DNA of 64,000 nucleotides from Camelus ferus (lineage: Eukaryota). This document shows positions 25,972 to 39,224 of the stretch, in pieces. The position numbers and the translations under genes are program-made. Position 1 is the first letter of the stretch; the number at the start of each line of letters is the position of its first letter. The stretch is taken from positions 41,356,001-41,420,000 of the forward strand of contig NC_045696.1 in assembly GCF_009834535.1 (NCBI RefSeq). Direction: 5' to 3'. Below the pieces are notes generated by a model, which was not told where the DNA came from, did no database searches, and saw nothing but the letters and a program-made list of their open reading frames with translations.

Positions 25972-26781
25972 AGGATTAACAGATACACACTACTATATAT
26001 AAAACATATAAACAAGGACCTACTATATGGCACAGGGAACTATACTCAAAATCTTGTAATAACCTGTAATGGAAAAGAACCTAAATATATATATATATGT
26101 ATGTATGTGTCTATATATATGTATGTGTGTATATATGTATGTGTATATATGTGTGTATGTGTATATATATGTATGTGTATATATATGTGTGTATGTGTAT
26201 ATATATGTGTGTATGTGTATATATGTGTGTATGTGTATATATATGTGTGTAAGTGTATATATATGTGTGTATATATATGTGTATGTGTATATTGTGTGTG
26301 TATATATATGTGTGTGTGTATATATATGTGTGTGTGTATATATGTGTGTGTGTATATATGTGTGTGTGTGTATATAGTGTGTGTGTATATATGTGTGTGT
26401 ATATTGTGTGTTGTTATATGTGTGTGTGTGTATATATATTGTGTGTATATATGTGTGTGTACATGTGTGTGTACATGTGTGTGTACGTGTGTGTGTACGT
26501 GTGTGTACGTGTACATATGTGTGTATGTGTACATATATGTGTATGTGTACATATATGTGTATGTGTACATATATGTGTATGTGTACATATGTGTGTATGT
26601 GTACATATGTGTGTATGTGTACATATGTGTGTATGTGTACATATGTGTGTATGTGTATATATATGTGTGTATGTGTATATATATGTGTATGTGTATATAT
26701 ATATGACTGAATCACTTTGCTGTACACCTAAAACTAACATTGTAAATCAGCTACATTTCAATAAAAAATAATTTTTTAAAA
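25972..26781 (+). mobile_element. Young L1 3' end containing an expanded microsatellite
   Basis: ggattaacagatacacactactatatataaaa...gactgaatcactttgctgtacacc...caataaaaa; TSD aa(a/g)ccttaatga at 25960-25971 and 26782-26793. Confidence 0.9.
26086..26704. repeat. Compound (TA)/(TG)/(TATG) microsatellite, about 620 bp, with an 18-bp higher-order unit
   Basis: Nearly continuous purine-pyrimidine alternation; gtacatat(g/a)tgtgtatgt repeated 8 times from 26511. Confidence 0.97.
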
Positions 26782-26934
26782 AAGCCTTAATGAGTTAGGC
26801 AGCCAATGGCTCCTTCCATGATACATGGCCCCTTTTTTCCTGTTCACTGTTTAAAGGACATTACAGAAGCAACAAATCAAAGGCTTACGTGTACTTTCTA
26901 TTGTAAGAGAAGAGAAAAAATTTCCTACGTTTTG

Positions 26935-27100
26935 AGAGGCAGTAGAGAACAGTGTTCAGAGCTCAGGTTCTAGAGCCAGACTTTCTGGGTTCAAACCCTA
27001 GTGCTGCTTGCTAGCTGAGTAACTCTAGGAAGTTTGCGTAACCTTGCAGAAGTTCAGCTTCCCTACGTGTAGAAGGGCACTAATTATACCACCTACCCCT
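26935..27100. mobile_element. MIR SINE
   Basis: ttctagagccagactttctgggttcaaaccctagt...ctagctgagtaactctaggaagtt. Confidence 0.7.
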
Positions 27101-28389
27101 GCGTAACTGCCATCTCTCACCTGCATTTTGGGGCCACCGTGTACTCACTGCAGGCTGCTATTTTACTTTCTCTGCTCACAGCCTCTTGCTAACTCTTTAA
27201 GGATCCTGCCAGGGAGGAGCGGGAATGAGCTGGTTTCAATGACTGACACTGTATCTTTTCCTCCTATTAGTTTATCCTGCTCCTTTTCACTAGGTATTTT
27301 TCAGCATAATTCCTTATATAGTTCCTTCAGTTATTTTCAACCTCCAGATGTTTTTCTTCAATGAATCCATCACCTTCCTTGTGGTACATACCACAATAAA
27401 ATATTCACTTCTTTTTTGCCATTAGGTAATATTTATCCTTCAATGTAATAAACAGTAGCAATCTCTGCTATTCTGTATTTCATCCCACTTGCATAAAAAT
27501 GAACAGCACATGCTCAGACATTTTATGACAAAGAGAAGGACAGCAGAAGCTCTAAGGGGTTGCAACGATGAGAGAAAAGTGTGAATTTTCTCTTGCTCTC
27601 TGTACAGATGTAAAAATTGAGGGTCAAACTTGTAAGGGGTGTTAACCTATAGAAATATAAATTGCATAAAATTTATAAGCAGGTAATTGACATTCATATC
27701 TGAATCACTGTAAATAAATTTTATTCAAAAAATTTCTAATTAATTTTCCCCAGTGAAATAAAAGCAAGAAACCTCACAATAGGAAACTAATGATTAAATT
27801 TTGACCTGAACTTGATAAAATAAAACTACCACCAGTTAAGTAAAGGAAAGTGTCAGGCTCTTATTTTGAGCTATATTTAGTAGGAGAGGTCAAAATTCTT
27901 TCTATGTTCTTGCTAAAAAGTTGCTTTATTAGAGTAAAAGATTAGAAAAGTGAAATCTGGGGATGACAGACCCTTCCAGCTGTATCGAGGATTCACCTTC
28001 TCCTTTGGAGGCCACAGCTGTGAAACTCTTAAGAGGTACCCGCCTACTCTATTCAGCCAATTGTACCAAACAGGAATTCCCCTTAATGACTGCAAGATGA
28101 TCATGTCAATGGAAAACAGTTGTGTGGGGGCCAAGGCTGCTGCATCACAGCCCTACATTTTGCCTCTTGTTTCTTGATCTGCTTTGGGAGTTGGCCCTTC
28201 CAAGAAAACATTTGTTAGTTGCGGTAGAGAAATGAATATGGTTATGGTTACTTCTTTTCAGTAACTGACAGCTCTGCTAAAACAATCTCCTCCCTCTACA
28301 GTTTTACTGACCACCGCATCCTCCAAACAAACAAACAAATAAAACCATAGGACTATCACTTAGACAAAAGTTTTTAAATCTAGGCGCTA

Positions 28390-28740
28390 AAATCTTAGAG
28401 CTGACCAGAACTTTAGTAGTGATTTAGTTCATTCATTATTAGCAACTGAAACAAACAAAGCTCAGAAAGGTTAGGTAAATTATCCAACACCACTCAATTT
28501 GTTATACCAACTAACCTAACTTATAAAACATACCTACTCTGCTAGGGTTTACATTAGTCTTATCTAAATTATCTACAGTCTTCACAACACTCCTGAAAGA
28601 TTATTTATTTTACAAATTAAAAAAAAGAAACTGAGAAAAGTTAAATGACTTACCCAGAACTACCCCACAGTAAGTAGTGTTGAATTTGAACCTAGCTGTC
28701 GGACTCCCAAAATACATATTCTTTCCCCACGTCACGCTGC
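28390..28740. mobile_element. MIR fragments
   Basis: gaaactgagaaaagttaaatgacttacccaga...tttgaacctagctgtcggactcc. Confidence 0.6.
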
Positions 28741-30204
28741 CTCTCCAGGCAGAGGACGACCTTTCCTAGAATGCAGATGTTCACATTCTAGCCCTGGCTC
28801 TCTCCAGGGCGGAGCATCTACAGGGCTGGTGGTATTATGCCCCCCTCGTCCCTAGTGCAGGAATCAGTCTGAGAGGCTCTAGGCAGGATGGCGCAGGGTG
28901 AGTGACTGAGAGATCCACGGCTGGGGGTGAGAAACACGCTATTTAAGGCAGTGAATGTAAGGGTTAGCAGCTGTGAGAACACCGGAGTAAAGAAATTTGC
29001 CCTCTAAAACCCCTCTGGAGTCCTATCACCTGGTTGGAAGACAAATTCTTTCATCAGAATTCCTGGCAGTGATAAATACATATGATTTTTTTTTTCAATT
29101 TAAGCTTTTCTTGTCTTAAGGATACTAAAATAGCTCCTTAACTTGCTCGACAAAATTGATGGACTGGAACTTTTTCCTTCCCAGGTGACATTGATTAAAG
29201 TCTTTTCAGCTGTCAAGAGAACATTATAAAGTATGAGTCTATAAAGGTTCAATGTTAAAAAATTCTCATGTTTTACTTTATTGGACATTTGCAAAATTAC
29301 CAACAGCTGAACATAAAATCAATAAAGGAAAAACTGGATGTTTAAACCAGAAATGAGAATATTCATGATGTGGGTAAAGAAGGGTATGGGAATCTAGCAG
29401 ATAACGTGGCTCGTGTTTTAACACATCATTGTGGGACTCTTGTGGCTGTTAATAGTTAATGATAGTCACCTGGGAAAATACTATTTTTTTTCTACTCCTC
29501 CAATTAATCTATAAAAATCTTACATGATCTTACAGAAGCAAAATTTTTATGGAAATCTCATATGAATCTTAACTTCCAAAATAGCAAAAGGGAATATTTT
29601 ATGTTTTTTAGTTTTACATTTAAGACCAGAATGTGACTTTTGAAAAAGCCTCTGTCAGTACTAAAATAGATAGATAGACAGATAGACAGACATCAGATAG
29701 ATATTAAAATAAATGTAGAAATGCTTATAAATGATTATTTAGTAGGAGTGTAAGTCCACATATCTCTAAATGTTAACTTGAGTATTTCTGAATGATTAAC
29801 AGCTTCTCATTTCAATGGTGGGATCTTTTAAATACATCAAAACAAGTGGAACGAGTCAAAGTGGCACTTAGTATTTGTTTCAAAAATGAAAGTTACAATG
29901 TCTGGGTATAGTTTGGCGCCGCTGAACAAACACTACTATCTATCTTCCTTTAAAGAGGAGAGCTTGTAAGTGATGCTTTTTTCCCACAAAAAAAAAAAAA
30001 AAAGAATTCTTTGCTCTTGTGCAGCACCTTGCACCCAAGGGATTTCAACTCATCACTTTATGAATTCACTAACACGCCCACAGCTCATCTGTGAAAAATA
30101 GACTTTGTTACTGTTTTACAGATGAGCAGAATTAAGAATGACCACATAGTAAATTGGTGGCAGAAAGGGAATAGATTAGAGACACAAACTTCAAACACAC
30201 AGTT

Positions 30205-31000
30205 TGTACCAGGCAGAACCATGGACCTCAAAGATTGCCCACATCCTCATCTCCAGATTTAACCTAATCATCTTCCTCTGTGAAGATGTTAGGTGACATG
30301 ACAAAGGAGAATTAAGGTTGCAGATACAATTAAGATTGTTGATCCCCTTTCTTTAAAATACAGGCAGCAGCCTGGATTACCCAGGTGGGCTGAATATAAT
30401 CACAAGGATCCTTAGAAGTGGAGGAGGAAAGCAGAAGACACCAGAGCAATGTGGTGTGAGCAGTGCTTGGCCCAGTGGTATTGGATTTTTTTTTTCATTG
30501 AAGTATAGTTGATTTATAATATTATATTAGTTTCAGGTATACAGTATAGTGATTCAGCATTTTACTGATTATACTTCGTTAAAAGTTATTACAAAATAAT
30601 AGCTATAATTCCCTGTGCTGCACAATATAGCCTTGTTGCTCATCTATTTGATACATAGCAGTTTGTATCTCTTAGTCCCCTACCCCCTTCCCTTTCCCCT
30701 TTGGTAACCACACGTTTGTTCCCTGTGTCTGTGAGTCTGTTTTGTATATATGCTCATTTGTATTATTTTTTGGATTTGAAGCAGAGCAATGTGAGCACCT
30801 CTGTAACCTGCAAAAAGCAGGGAAACAGATTCTCCCCTCAGAGCCTCCAAAAGGGAATGCACTCTGCCCACAGCCTTGACTTTAGCCTAGAGAGACCCAC
30901 TCTGGGGTTCTGACATACAGAACTGTAAGATAGCATATCTGTGATATCTTAAGCCACCAAGTTGGTGGTAATTTGTTAGAATAGCAATAGAAAACTAACA
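30205..31000 (+). mobile_element. MLT1-type (ERVL-MaLR) solo LTR interrupted by L1
   Basis: gaattaaggttgcagat...cctggattacccaggtgggc...acagattctcccctcagagcctcca...taatttgtta...gcaatagaaaactaaca. Confidence 0.85.
30487..30770 (-). mobile_element. Young L1 3' end inserted in MLT1
   Basis: Poly(T) then cattgaagtatagttgattta...ggtaaccacacgtttgtt...tgtgagtctgttt; ttggattt on both flanks. Confidence 0.88.
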
Positions 31001-31654
31001 GACAGCTACTTAATCATTTAAGAGCCATTAATACACCCATACCATTAAGAAAGACTGTAAATAGTCAATTTAAGCAACCAAAGAATAACAGTTTAATTTG
31101 GAAATGCAAGTCTATTTTGAAGTAATAAAAGTAGAAGCACACAAATTCCTTGGCATAAAGAAAGATGGAAGAGGAAATTTCTAAGAGGAATGTTTTTGTC
31201 TGCTTCCACTAGAAGACTGGAAGAGAAAGGAGATAAATAAAAGGAACATACTGATCTATAGGATAAGGTAAGAATTCTAAAAATGCTACTAGGAATAGCC
31301 TTCCAGGAGAAGTTTGGGAATCTTTGTGCTTAGAGGCCTTTAAGATACAAATGATCTGTTTTATATGGCTTGGATGGTTTAGGTATATACTAACCTGATG
31401 ACAAGGGCCTAGATTCAGCGATCTCTCATGGCCTCTTCCAGCCTGAATATTATACACAGACTTGACTCAATTCAATTCAGCGCCACAAATATTTACTTGC
31501 CTATCTACTCAACATAGGTCATTCTGCTATGAATAACCAAAGAATAAGGCATAAACTTTGACTTTAAGAAGTTCACAGTTTAATAGTGAACCAAGGTTAA
31601 ACAACCAACCATATTCAAGCCAGACAGTGGGAAGAATCATAAGGGTGGATAACT

Positions 31655-32760
31655 GACACATTGATTAAAAACAATTAAATATCTAAAAACCAATGCAAAA
31701 AACCCAATGCATTCTTACTGATTATAAAACATATAAAACAAACAACAATATCATTGGTCACCACTGCAGGTTTCCAAGGCAGCAATTTATTACAATGAGA
31801 ATTTTTCCTGTCTTTCTCAAAACATATATAAGGAAAGTAAAAGAGTAAATAAAATTCTTCTTTAATGTAGGATTTCAGCTAAAAAATGCAGCAGGAATGG
31901 TGGATTCTATCTAGAATGTAAAACTGCCATTTTACAACTCATGTGTAGAAGAATAGACATGGGCAATGATCATTGCTAGATGCTAAAACCATTAAGGACA
32001 AATTTGATGATGAATTTTACAATGGAAGGATCAGGCTGAGGCCACCTAAACACACCAACCAGCCTTAATATCACTAAGTATGACACCAGCCATTATGCAT
32101 CTCTTTGGTGAGTTGTTAGGAAATCCACAGTACCACCTATAAAATATTATGCACCCCCCCTCAAAAGCTGACTCCAAATCTAATACAGCCTCCAAATCTA
32201 AATGTCTTTCATAGGAAATACAGAGATAGAGGAGTCAGTTCAAAAATACATGAAAGCAACCAGGTTAAATATAGAATGTAGACCAAGACTCATAATCCAA
32301 TTACTCCAGCAAATCAAAGACATTTAAAAGGGGCAAGGAGAGAGGACCGTTACAGAGTAAGAGGCTTATGAGATATAACAACCAAATGCAACATATAGAC
32401 CTTGTAGGATCCTGATTCCAAAAAGAGACAACTCTAAGAAGACATTTTTAAAAATCACCAGAGAAATTTAAGTATGGACTAGGTATAAAACAATATAATG
32501 GAATTATTGTTATAATGTGATAAAGGCAAGGCATTATTTAAAATATTTCTTACCTGTCAGAGATGCATACCGAAGTGTTCACAGATTTGACAAATATGAT
32601 ATCTAGTTATGCTTTAAAATACCCCCCCAAATAGCATGTATGATGAACATGGAATGAGGTAGCAAAACAGTGATATGTGTCCAAGTTGCACGATGAGGCG
32701 TGAGGGTCATTATAGGTTTCTCTCTCCTTATGTGTTTGAATTTTTTTCAGAATAAAAAGT
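31655..32760 (+). mobile_element. L1MC4/5-type 3' region
   Basis: tcattggtcacc...aggatttcagctaaaaaatgcag...aaccaaatgcaacatatagaccttgtaggatcctgattc. Confidence 0.7.
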
Positions 32761-34182
32761 TAGAAGGGATGAAAACAGCTGTTAATAAATGAAAGGGTAC
32801 CTAGTCCTTTGATCATCCCTCATCACTGAACTAGTGAAAGGTCGGTATATTTGTGCTAGAAATCTTCTTTAGCTTTCTGCACAGTTTTCATGAGCAATCT
32901 TTCTATCACCTTTAAGACTGAATGCCTTCTACCTCATAAGGAAAGGAAGCTTACTATTCCTTAAATTCTCAATCTACATAATCAAGGAGAAAACATGATC
33001 ATTAATATATAACTTCTAATGCTCACTAAGTAAAGGAACAGTAGATCTGCTTCTATTTGTGGTGTGGGTACGTATATAGCTTCTGGTCACTTTTTATAGT
33101 TAACAGTGAACATGGTGGGGGAATATTTGCAAATATTCAAATTCTTTATGGTTTATATGGTTAAGGTTAGTGCTGTTACATTTGTCAAAGTGCAAACAAT
33201 TCTCATATTTTGGGGGGCAACAAAAGGTAGTGTGTTTGCTTTAAAGTGCTTATCTTATGTCAAGTCTAATCTAGAGACTTATAATTCATAATGCTACTCT
33301 CTTCCCTAATTTTAAAGTAAAACAGAGACTTCTTTAAGAGGAAACAAGGGCTGCAGGACAATCTGGATTCACCTTCAACATCCCCTCCATATATGCAGGA
33401 AAGTCACATCGGTCCTACAGTAGTTCAAGGTGCAGGATTAAACTCTGGAAGGTCGTAGGAAGGTTTTTAAGCAATAATCCTAGCAGTGGGGCAAAATATA
33501 AATCTTATCTTAGGTCAGGAAACCTTTGACAGAGTTCAAAATAAATGATCCCTTTTTAAGAAATACCCTGTTAAAAAACCTTTTATTTGCAAATAATTTT
33601 TCTGGAGAAGGTCTGAAGGTGCCACATCCTTAAATTATATTTTGATGCAGTTAAAAACATTTTTTAAGGAAATGTAAAATTTTATAATACCTACAAAAGC
33701 TTTAACCATTTCATCTAAAAAACTCTAAAAATTTTAAGTGTATTCCATTTTTTTTCCTTTTGAAAGGCAGCTTCTTAATGAAGAGACATCCAGAAAGCTA
33801 CTAGTTGATATTTTTCACCAGAAGAAAGTAAAGACACTGCAGGGAGGAAAATTAATCCCCATAAACAAGCTATGTTACAGAAATTTAAGCCCAGGTATTT
33901 TGGCTAATTTTTCCTCTATGCAATTTTAGTTATGTAGTCAGGGATTGTAGCTATAATACCAATGAAGTTATTGATTTCTGCAGTAGATACAGAGTATGCA
34001 TTACATATTTTTTGATGTAAAGAGTTCTGCTACGGGTTACAATTATGAAGATGATTTGTAATTCTGGTATTTGGTTCAGCTGATGACGTAGAAGAAATGG
34101 TATTTGCCTTTAAGATTACATATCAAGTGTTACTCATTACCTTTTACTTCTTCTTCCCATGCCTGAAACCCAGACATCTTAC

Positions 34183-34361
34183 CGACTACGGCCTCGGTGT
34201 ATTTCCCTTCTGCAGGAAGAGGGAAGTACTGGTTTGGTGATAAATTGCTGCCATATCCCAGGAGAAAACCTTCCAGTTTACATTAGGACTTGGACGCAGG
34301 AACTTCAAGAAGATGGAGTCACTTGTGGTGTTGATGTGGACTTTCAGGTTTGGCTTTTTAC
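34183..34361 (-). CDS. ABI3BP: ABI3BP exon 2, 179 bp, apparent 1-bp frameshift
   Basis: Acceptor catctttag|, donor |gtaaga. Reads (G)KKPNLKVHINTTSDSIFLKFLRPSPNV, then in a shifted frame LEGFLLGYGSNLSPNQYFPLPAEGKYTEAVV(D); both halves match recalled human ABI3BP. Confidence 0.93.
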
Positions 34362-35179
34362 CTAAAGATGGGAACGAAAAAATAGGTGGCTGTTACTTCA
34401 CCTCTTTCAAGCCCCAAGAAAAATTTGGAGCAAAGGTCAGTTCCTAGAGGCACTGTTATTGGAAAACATGTTATTGAGCTACTCAATATCACAACACATC
34501 CACCTACATGCTAAAATACAGGAGATTTTGAGATCGAAGAAAATAGACTTAATAACATATAAAGCACTCTAGAGTATAAAGTAAAACTTTAGGGTTTTAT
34601 ATTTGGTAGGTTTATTATTGAGAGGTAAATGGGATTTAAGACTATTTTGGCTGTCCACAATTGTTCAGAACCTTCATTTTATACACACTGTCTGGGAATG
34701 GTAAAAGGATCTGAAATTTCTTACTAGTAAGTTGAATTACTGCAGTTTGAAAAGCCCCAGCCTCCTCAACAGTGATCTCCAGCTGCACCCTCCCAGGACT
34801 TAGTGATTAACAGAGTTGGAAAGGGAGGGAAGTGGTTAGGTTTTGGCTTAGGGGTAATTGAGATGGTAGAATAGGGACTTCTGAAAGGAGAAGGGTTGAG
34901 AAGAAAGATGCTTACTTCTACTTGGAGTTTGCTGGATTGGTGAGACAACTACATGGAAATGCCAACAGGAAGTCGACAACCTAAGTGTAATGCTCAGGAA
35001 GGGGGTACAGATCCACCTGGGCATCATTACTTTATACATGATCATTGGGTGAACCTTCCCGAAGAGGCTGCAGAGGAAGGGGAGAAACCCTACATTTTCA
35101 AGGCATTATTATTGTTTTTTAACAATGTAGGCAACAGGGGCAGACAATCATACCAACCAAAGGTCTTGACCAAGCAATA

Positions 35180-35410
35180 AGGAAACAACACTGTCTTTGT
35201 CCTTGGGGCCAGAAGGAGCTGGGTTCAAACTGCAACCCTGCCACTGACTTACAAGTGTACCTCTGGCTACTCACGAAACTGGGTTTGAGCCTTGTTTCCT
35301 GATTTGTAAATTATGGGTAATGGATAACAATGTCTATTTTGACAGGTTGTTTAGAAAGGCTAGTGCAAATGGCACTATCTTAAGCTGGCACATAGTAATT
35401 TCTCAATAAT
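35180..35410. mobile_element. MIR SINE
   Basis: ctgggttcaaactgcaaccctgccact...gagccttgtttcctgatttgtaaattatggg...tggcacatagtaa. Confidence 0.7.
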
Positions 35411-35422
35411 TGGTTACTTAAT

Positions 35423-36041
35423 CAGGTCCATCAATAACACTTTAGCCACAGTTCAGAAATCCAAAAAAGCTTTGTAAAGTTTTTGTACATTCATGTCAAA
35501 CTAATTTGGCAACAAAACTTAATCTGTTTACTAGTTACTGGGGGGAAGTGGGTGGAAGGAGATAAATTTGAGAATTTGAGATTTGCAAATGTTAACCACT
35601 ATATATAAAAATAGATGAATAACAAAATTCTTCTGTATAGCGTAGGGAACTATATTCAATACCTTGTAATAACCTTCAATGAAAAAGAATATGAAAACAA
35701 ATATATGTATATATATGCATGACCAGGACATTGTGCTGTACACCAGAAATTGGCACATTGTGGCACCAACTATACTTCAATTAAAAAAAAAACACTTCAA
35801 TCTGAACTGTAATGAGGTCATTTAGTCTTTCTTTAATCTCACTGAATAGTCAGTGTAACTGATGCACATATTTAATTGTAGGAATATCTAAGTGTTAATT
35901 AAGGGGTGCTGATCAAGACTCCACTGAAGCAGTTACTTAATACATGGTCTAGGCATCCTAGTACATTTCAAAAATTCAAGGATTTTCTGAATTCTAAAAT
36001 GTGTCTGGCCTCAAGAGTTTTAGATAAGAAATCATGGACCT
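35423..36041. mobile_element. TcMar-Tigger-like DNA transposon relic, interrupted by L1
   Basis: Inverted termini caggtccat ... atggacct; internal gaaatccaaaaaagct and ctggcctcaagagttttagataag. Confidence 0.55.
35530..35792 (+). mobile_element. Young L1 3' end
   Basis: gttactgggggga...gggaactatattcaatacc...tgctgtacaccagaaatt...tatacttcaattaaaaaaaaa; flanks actt(c)aatctg. Confidence 0.9.
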
Positions 36042-39000
36042 CAATTATTTTCTTTCTTTATTTCACAGGGATTTCATATTTTTAAAAAATTTTACCTATT
36101 AGGAAGATTGTATTTACTAACTTAATAATTCACATTCTATTTCTCATTTATCAGAGACTGCATACCAGTCAGCCCCCCTGAACAGCATGGACTTCCAAAA
36201 GTCATCACACTAAATTTGTACTATTTCAGTCAAAAGTCATCCTGGACCACCTCAATACAGCTACATAGAATGATTCCATTAGGTCTTCGAAAAAATAAAA
36301 ACAGCCTGGTGTTGGATATCAGACTGTGGGAACTACTCTCTTACGTCCACAGCCAGTACTACCATTTCCAGGTGTGGACATAGTACTTTGTACTTCCCAA
36401 GAATTTGATGAAATTTCTACGTCCTTTTTGGGTCTCTGATGGCCATTCCCATACTTGTGGCAGAATTGAAACTCAGGGATACTGAGTGGCTTTTCCGAAA
36501 CCCGAGCAAGACTCATCCCCAACTCATCTAGTCCAATTCTCTTATAGCACAAAGGAAAAAATTGAGGGCAGCCACACCTCTGGCACTCTACGTGCACGGT
36601 CAAAACTGGATCTTAGGTTCTCCCTAGACTGGACCTCCTGCTCTCATTTTTACTGAGAACTTTGTCATGACCCAGTAGAGTAAGGAGTGGCCAACCCCTC
36701 AACTAAAATGCCCAAAGTGATGCTAACTGCTAATGTTTTGCCCTAACTTCATTAGATTTTGATGAGGTGATTTATACTTCAGACATAACACATATTTTGG
36801 CTGAGGCAGTGTTCTTCTTCTTGGTTATGTGCCCAGATTAACTCAAGTTACCCATTCTGCTCAATGAAACAGAACAAATACAAGTCAAACACATCTTCTG
36901 CTACCGTAGAAATTTATCAGATCTCACAATAAATCAAAACACAACTGTCCCATTTCTAACACAATGTTGGGAAGAAGAGATTAGGAATCTTTGTGTATTT
37001 AGGCTGCTCTCCAGTTGGACTAAGAGCCAAGAGTCACAGCACCATCACATTAGACCTTTGCTCATGGATTGTGGCCTGAGGTACCACATTATTTCTCCTC
37101 CTGGAAAGCAGAAAGGATGGCTGCACCAACTGAGGAAAAGGAAGGCTGGAAACAGAATTTCTAACCATTTTGTTGGTGGAAGCGTTCTCACTTCCTCTGC
37201 CGGGAATTTTCATGACTCCAGTCCTTCTCCCTTTTGCTAATAATTTATGTCAATGAAGATATCAACATCATGGAAATTTTGGAATAAACTGGCATTCATC
37301 TGACCTACTTTCTCCAAAACTCCAATTCATACTACTTTCTGGAGCTAAACTTGAAAAAGTCCTGAAAGAGAAAGATGCACACAAACAAATCTTTTCTCAA
37401 AACAGTATCACAAATTGAATAGTATTTTGAGACCATCCTCCCATTTCCTTATTGGAGCTGGAACTCAGATCCCTTCATTATCTCACCACATGTGACTTCT
37501 CATTACTTCCCAACACATCTCAGTGTCTCTTTGGCCAGTATAAACCTCCTCCCAGTCTGCAGTGCATACGAGGCCCTGGCCCTACACCTGTGCTCACGTT
37601 GTCACCCAGCATGGATTCCCTCTAGCACGCCTTTGCTCACTCAGTTATTACTTTCTATTGACCCTTTCAGAGCCCAGCAAAATGGCTATGCAATTTTTGT
37701 CCTTTTCATCCGAATAAGTTTGTGTCCCTTGAAATGAGTGCCTGTACCCATATTCAATTATACATTTTTAAACAACTTCCCCAATATTTTAGAGTATGTA
37801 TCAATGCATTCTATAATAATTTTTCACCTTTGATAAGTTTAGCTTCACTCTGAGTAATTCTGGCTGAATGGTTAGGAAACCTAGTCATGCAGTGACAGTT
37901 ACTTTTCAACAGTTAGTATGAGGACCTCAGATGAATGACTTAAGGTACAGATAATAATAAAAAAAAATACAACATGATACAAACTCAACTAGGAAAACAT
38001 TCATAAGTAAAGCAGCATATAGATCACGGAGGAAAGCGCAGGAGTGCAGAGAAGAGTGATGGAAGGACATTTTATTGTGCCGTATATGAGAAACGAAGCA
38101 TCAAGAGGAGAGAAAATGAAGAATGTGAATGTTTCAGGAAAGCAATACTAGAATGGCTGAGAAAAAAAAAATGCACGCTGGCAAAGCAGAACTTTGGATC
38201 TACGACAGTTGTTTCTAATCCTCTGTTTACAACACACTAGGGTGTCTCTAAATATTTCAAAGGGTATTGTGAAATTCTAAAAGAAAAAAAATGCCTTTCA
38301 AAACAAAATTAGAATTAATCCCCTTTTAATTTGTAAAAGAAAATGCATGCCCTGTGGCATTAAAAACAGCTAGGAGGGCAGGGAGATGAGAAAAAATCAG
38401 ACAAAAGGTAGAGCACTGCAAGTTCACAGAACCTTCCAGATCAACCAGAGGAGGCAGGCTGTATTGCTGTAGGCACAGGTGTGGGGCTGACATTTAATGC
38501 TGAGCCCAGAATTCTGAGTGGCTGTGGTCCGTTTCAGTACAACTCTGCAAAGAAACATGGCCCAACCGCATGGCACTTAGCTAACCCAGGTGAACTACCC
38601 TGGACATCCAGTGGCTGATCTGCGACAAAGGAGTAACCATTACAACTCACTCAGTAGGAGGAATTCTCCCATGTCTAATCTCTCTTAAGGTTGTCTTAAT
38701 ACTTTCCTAAATATTTCAGAATGCGGTCTAAATTGCTGATATGAAGTTGATCAAGTTGATAAAATCACTTCAAGGGAAAAACTGCAAAATGCTAAATCTC
38801 TCTTCTAAAACTGAAAAATATCTATTAGTGTAGTAGCAATGATTGACTTCCCTCAAAAGCACTCAGTGTTGTAAAACACTAAGTAGCAAGTTTGGGAATA
38901 ATCAGATCAGCAATTATTTTCATAAGATATTAAGTAAAAGCATAGCTTTAATTGTTATGTCAATAAAATAATGACTCAGCTGTTTCAGGATCAAAGAATA

Positions 39001-39224
39001 AACCCTATTCTTACCCACAGTATGTTTCTTTTTTTTACACACATTATATTTACATTGCAAACCTCTGTATTTGTTCAGTCACTTATTTTGTTATATCAGA
39101 TCAAATTTTCTAAGACATAAAAATAATTAAATCAGTTTCCACCAGTTCAGATATAACATATCTGAACACAAGCATAGGTTTAAAAACTGATATATTAGAT
39201 TTTGATCAAATTTTAGTTTTAAGC

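Noticed and set aside
26023..26771. Seven long His/Thr/Tyr- or Val/Cys/Tyr-rich ORFs
   Set aside because: Translations of a stop-free microsatellite
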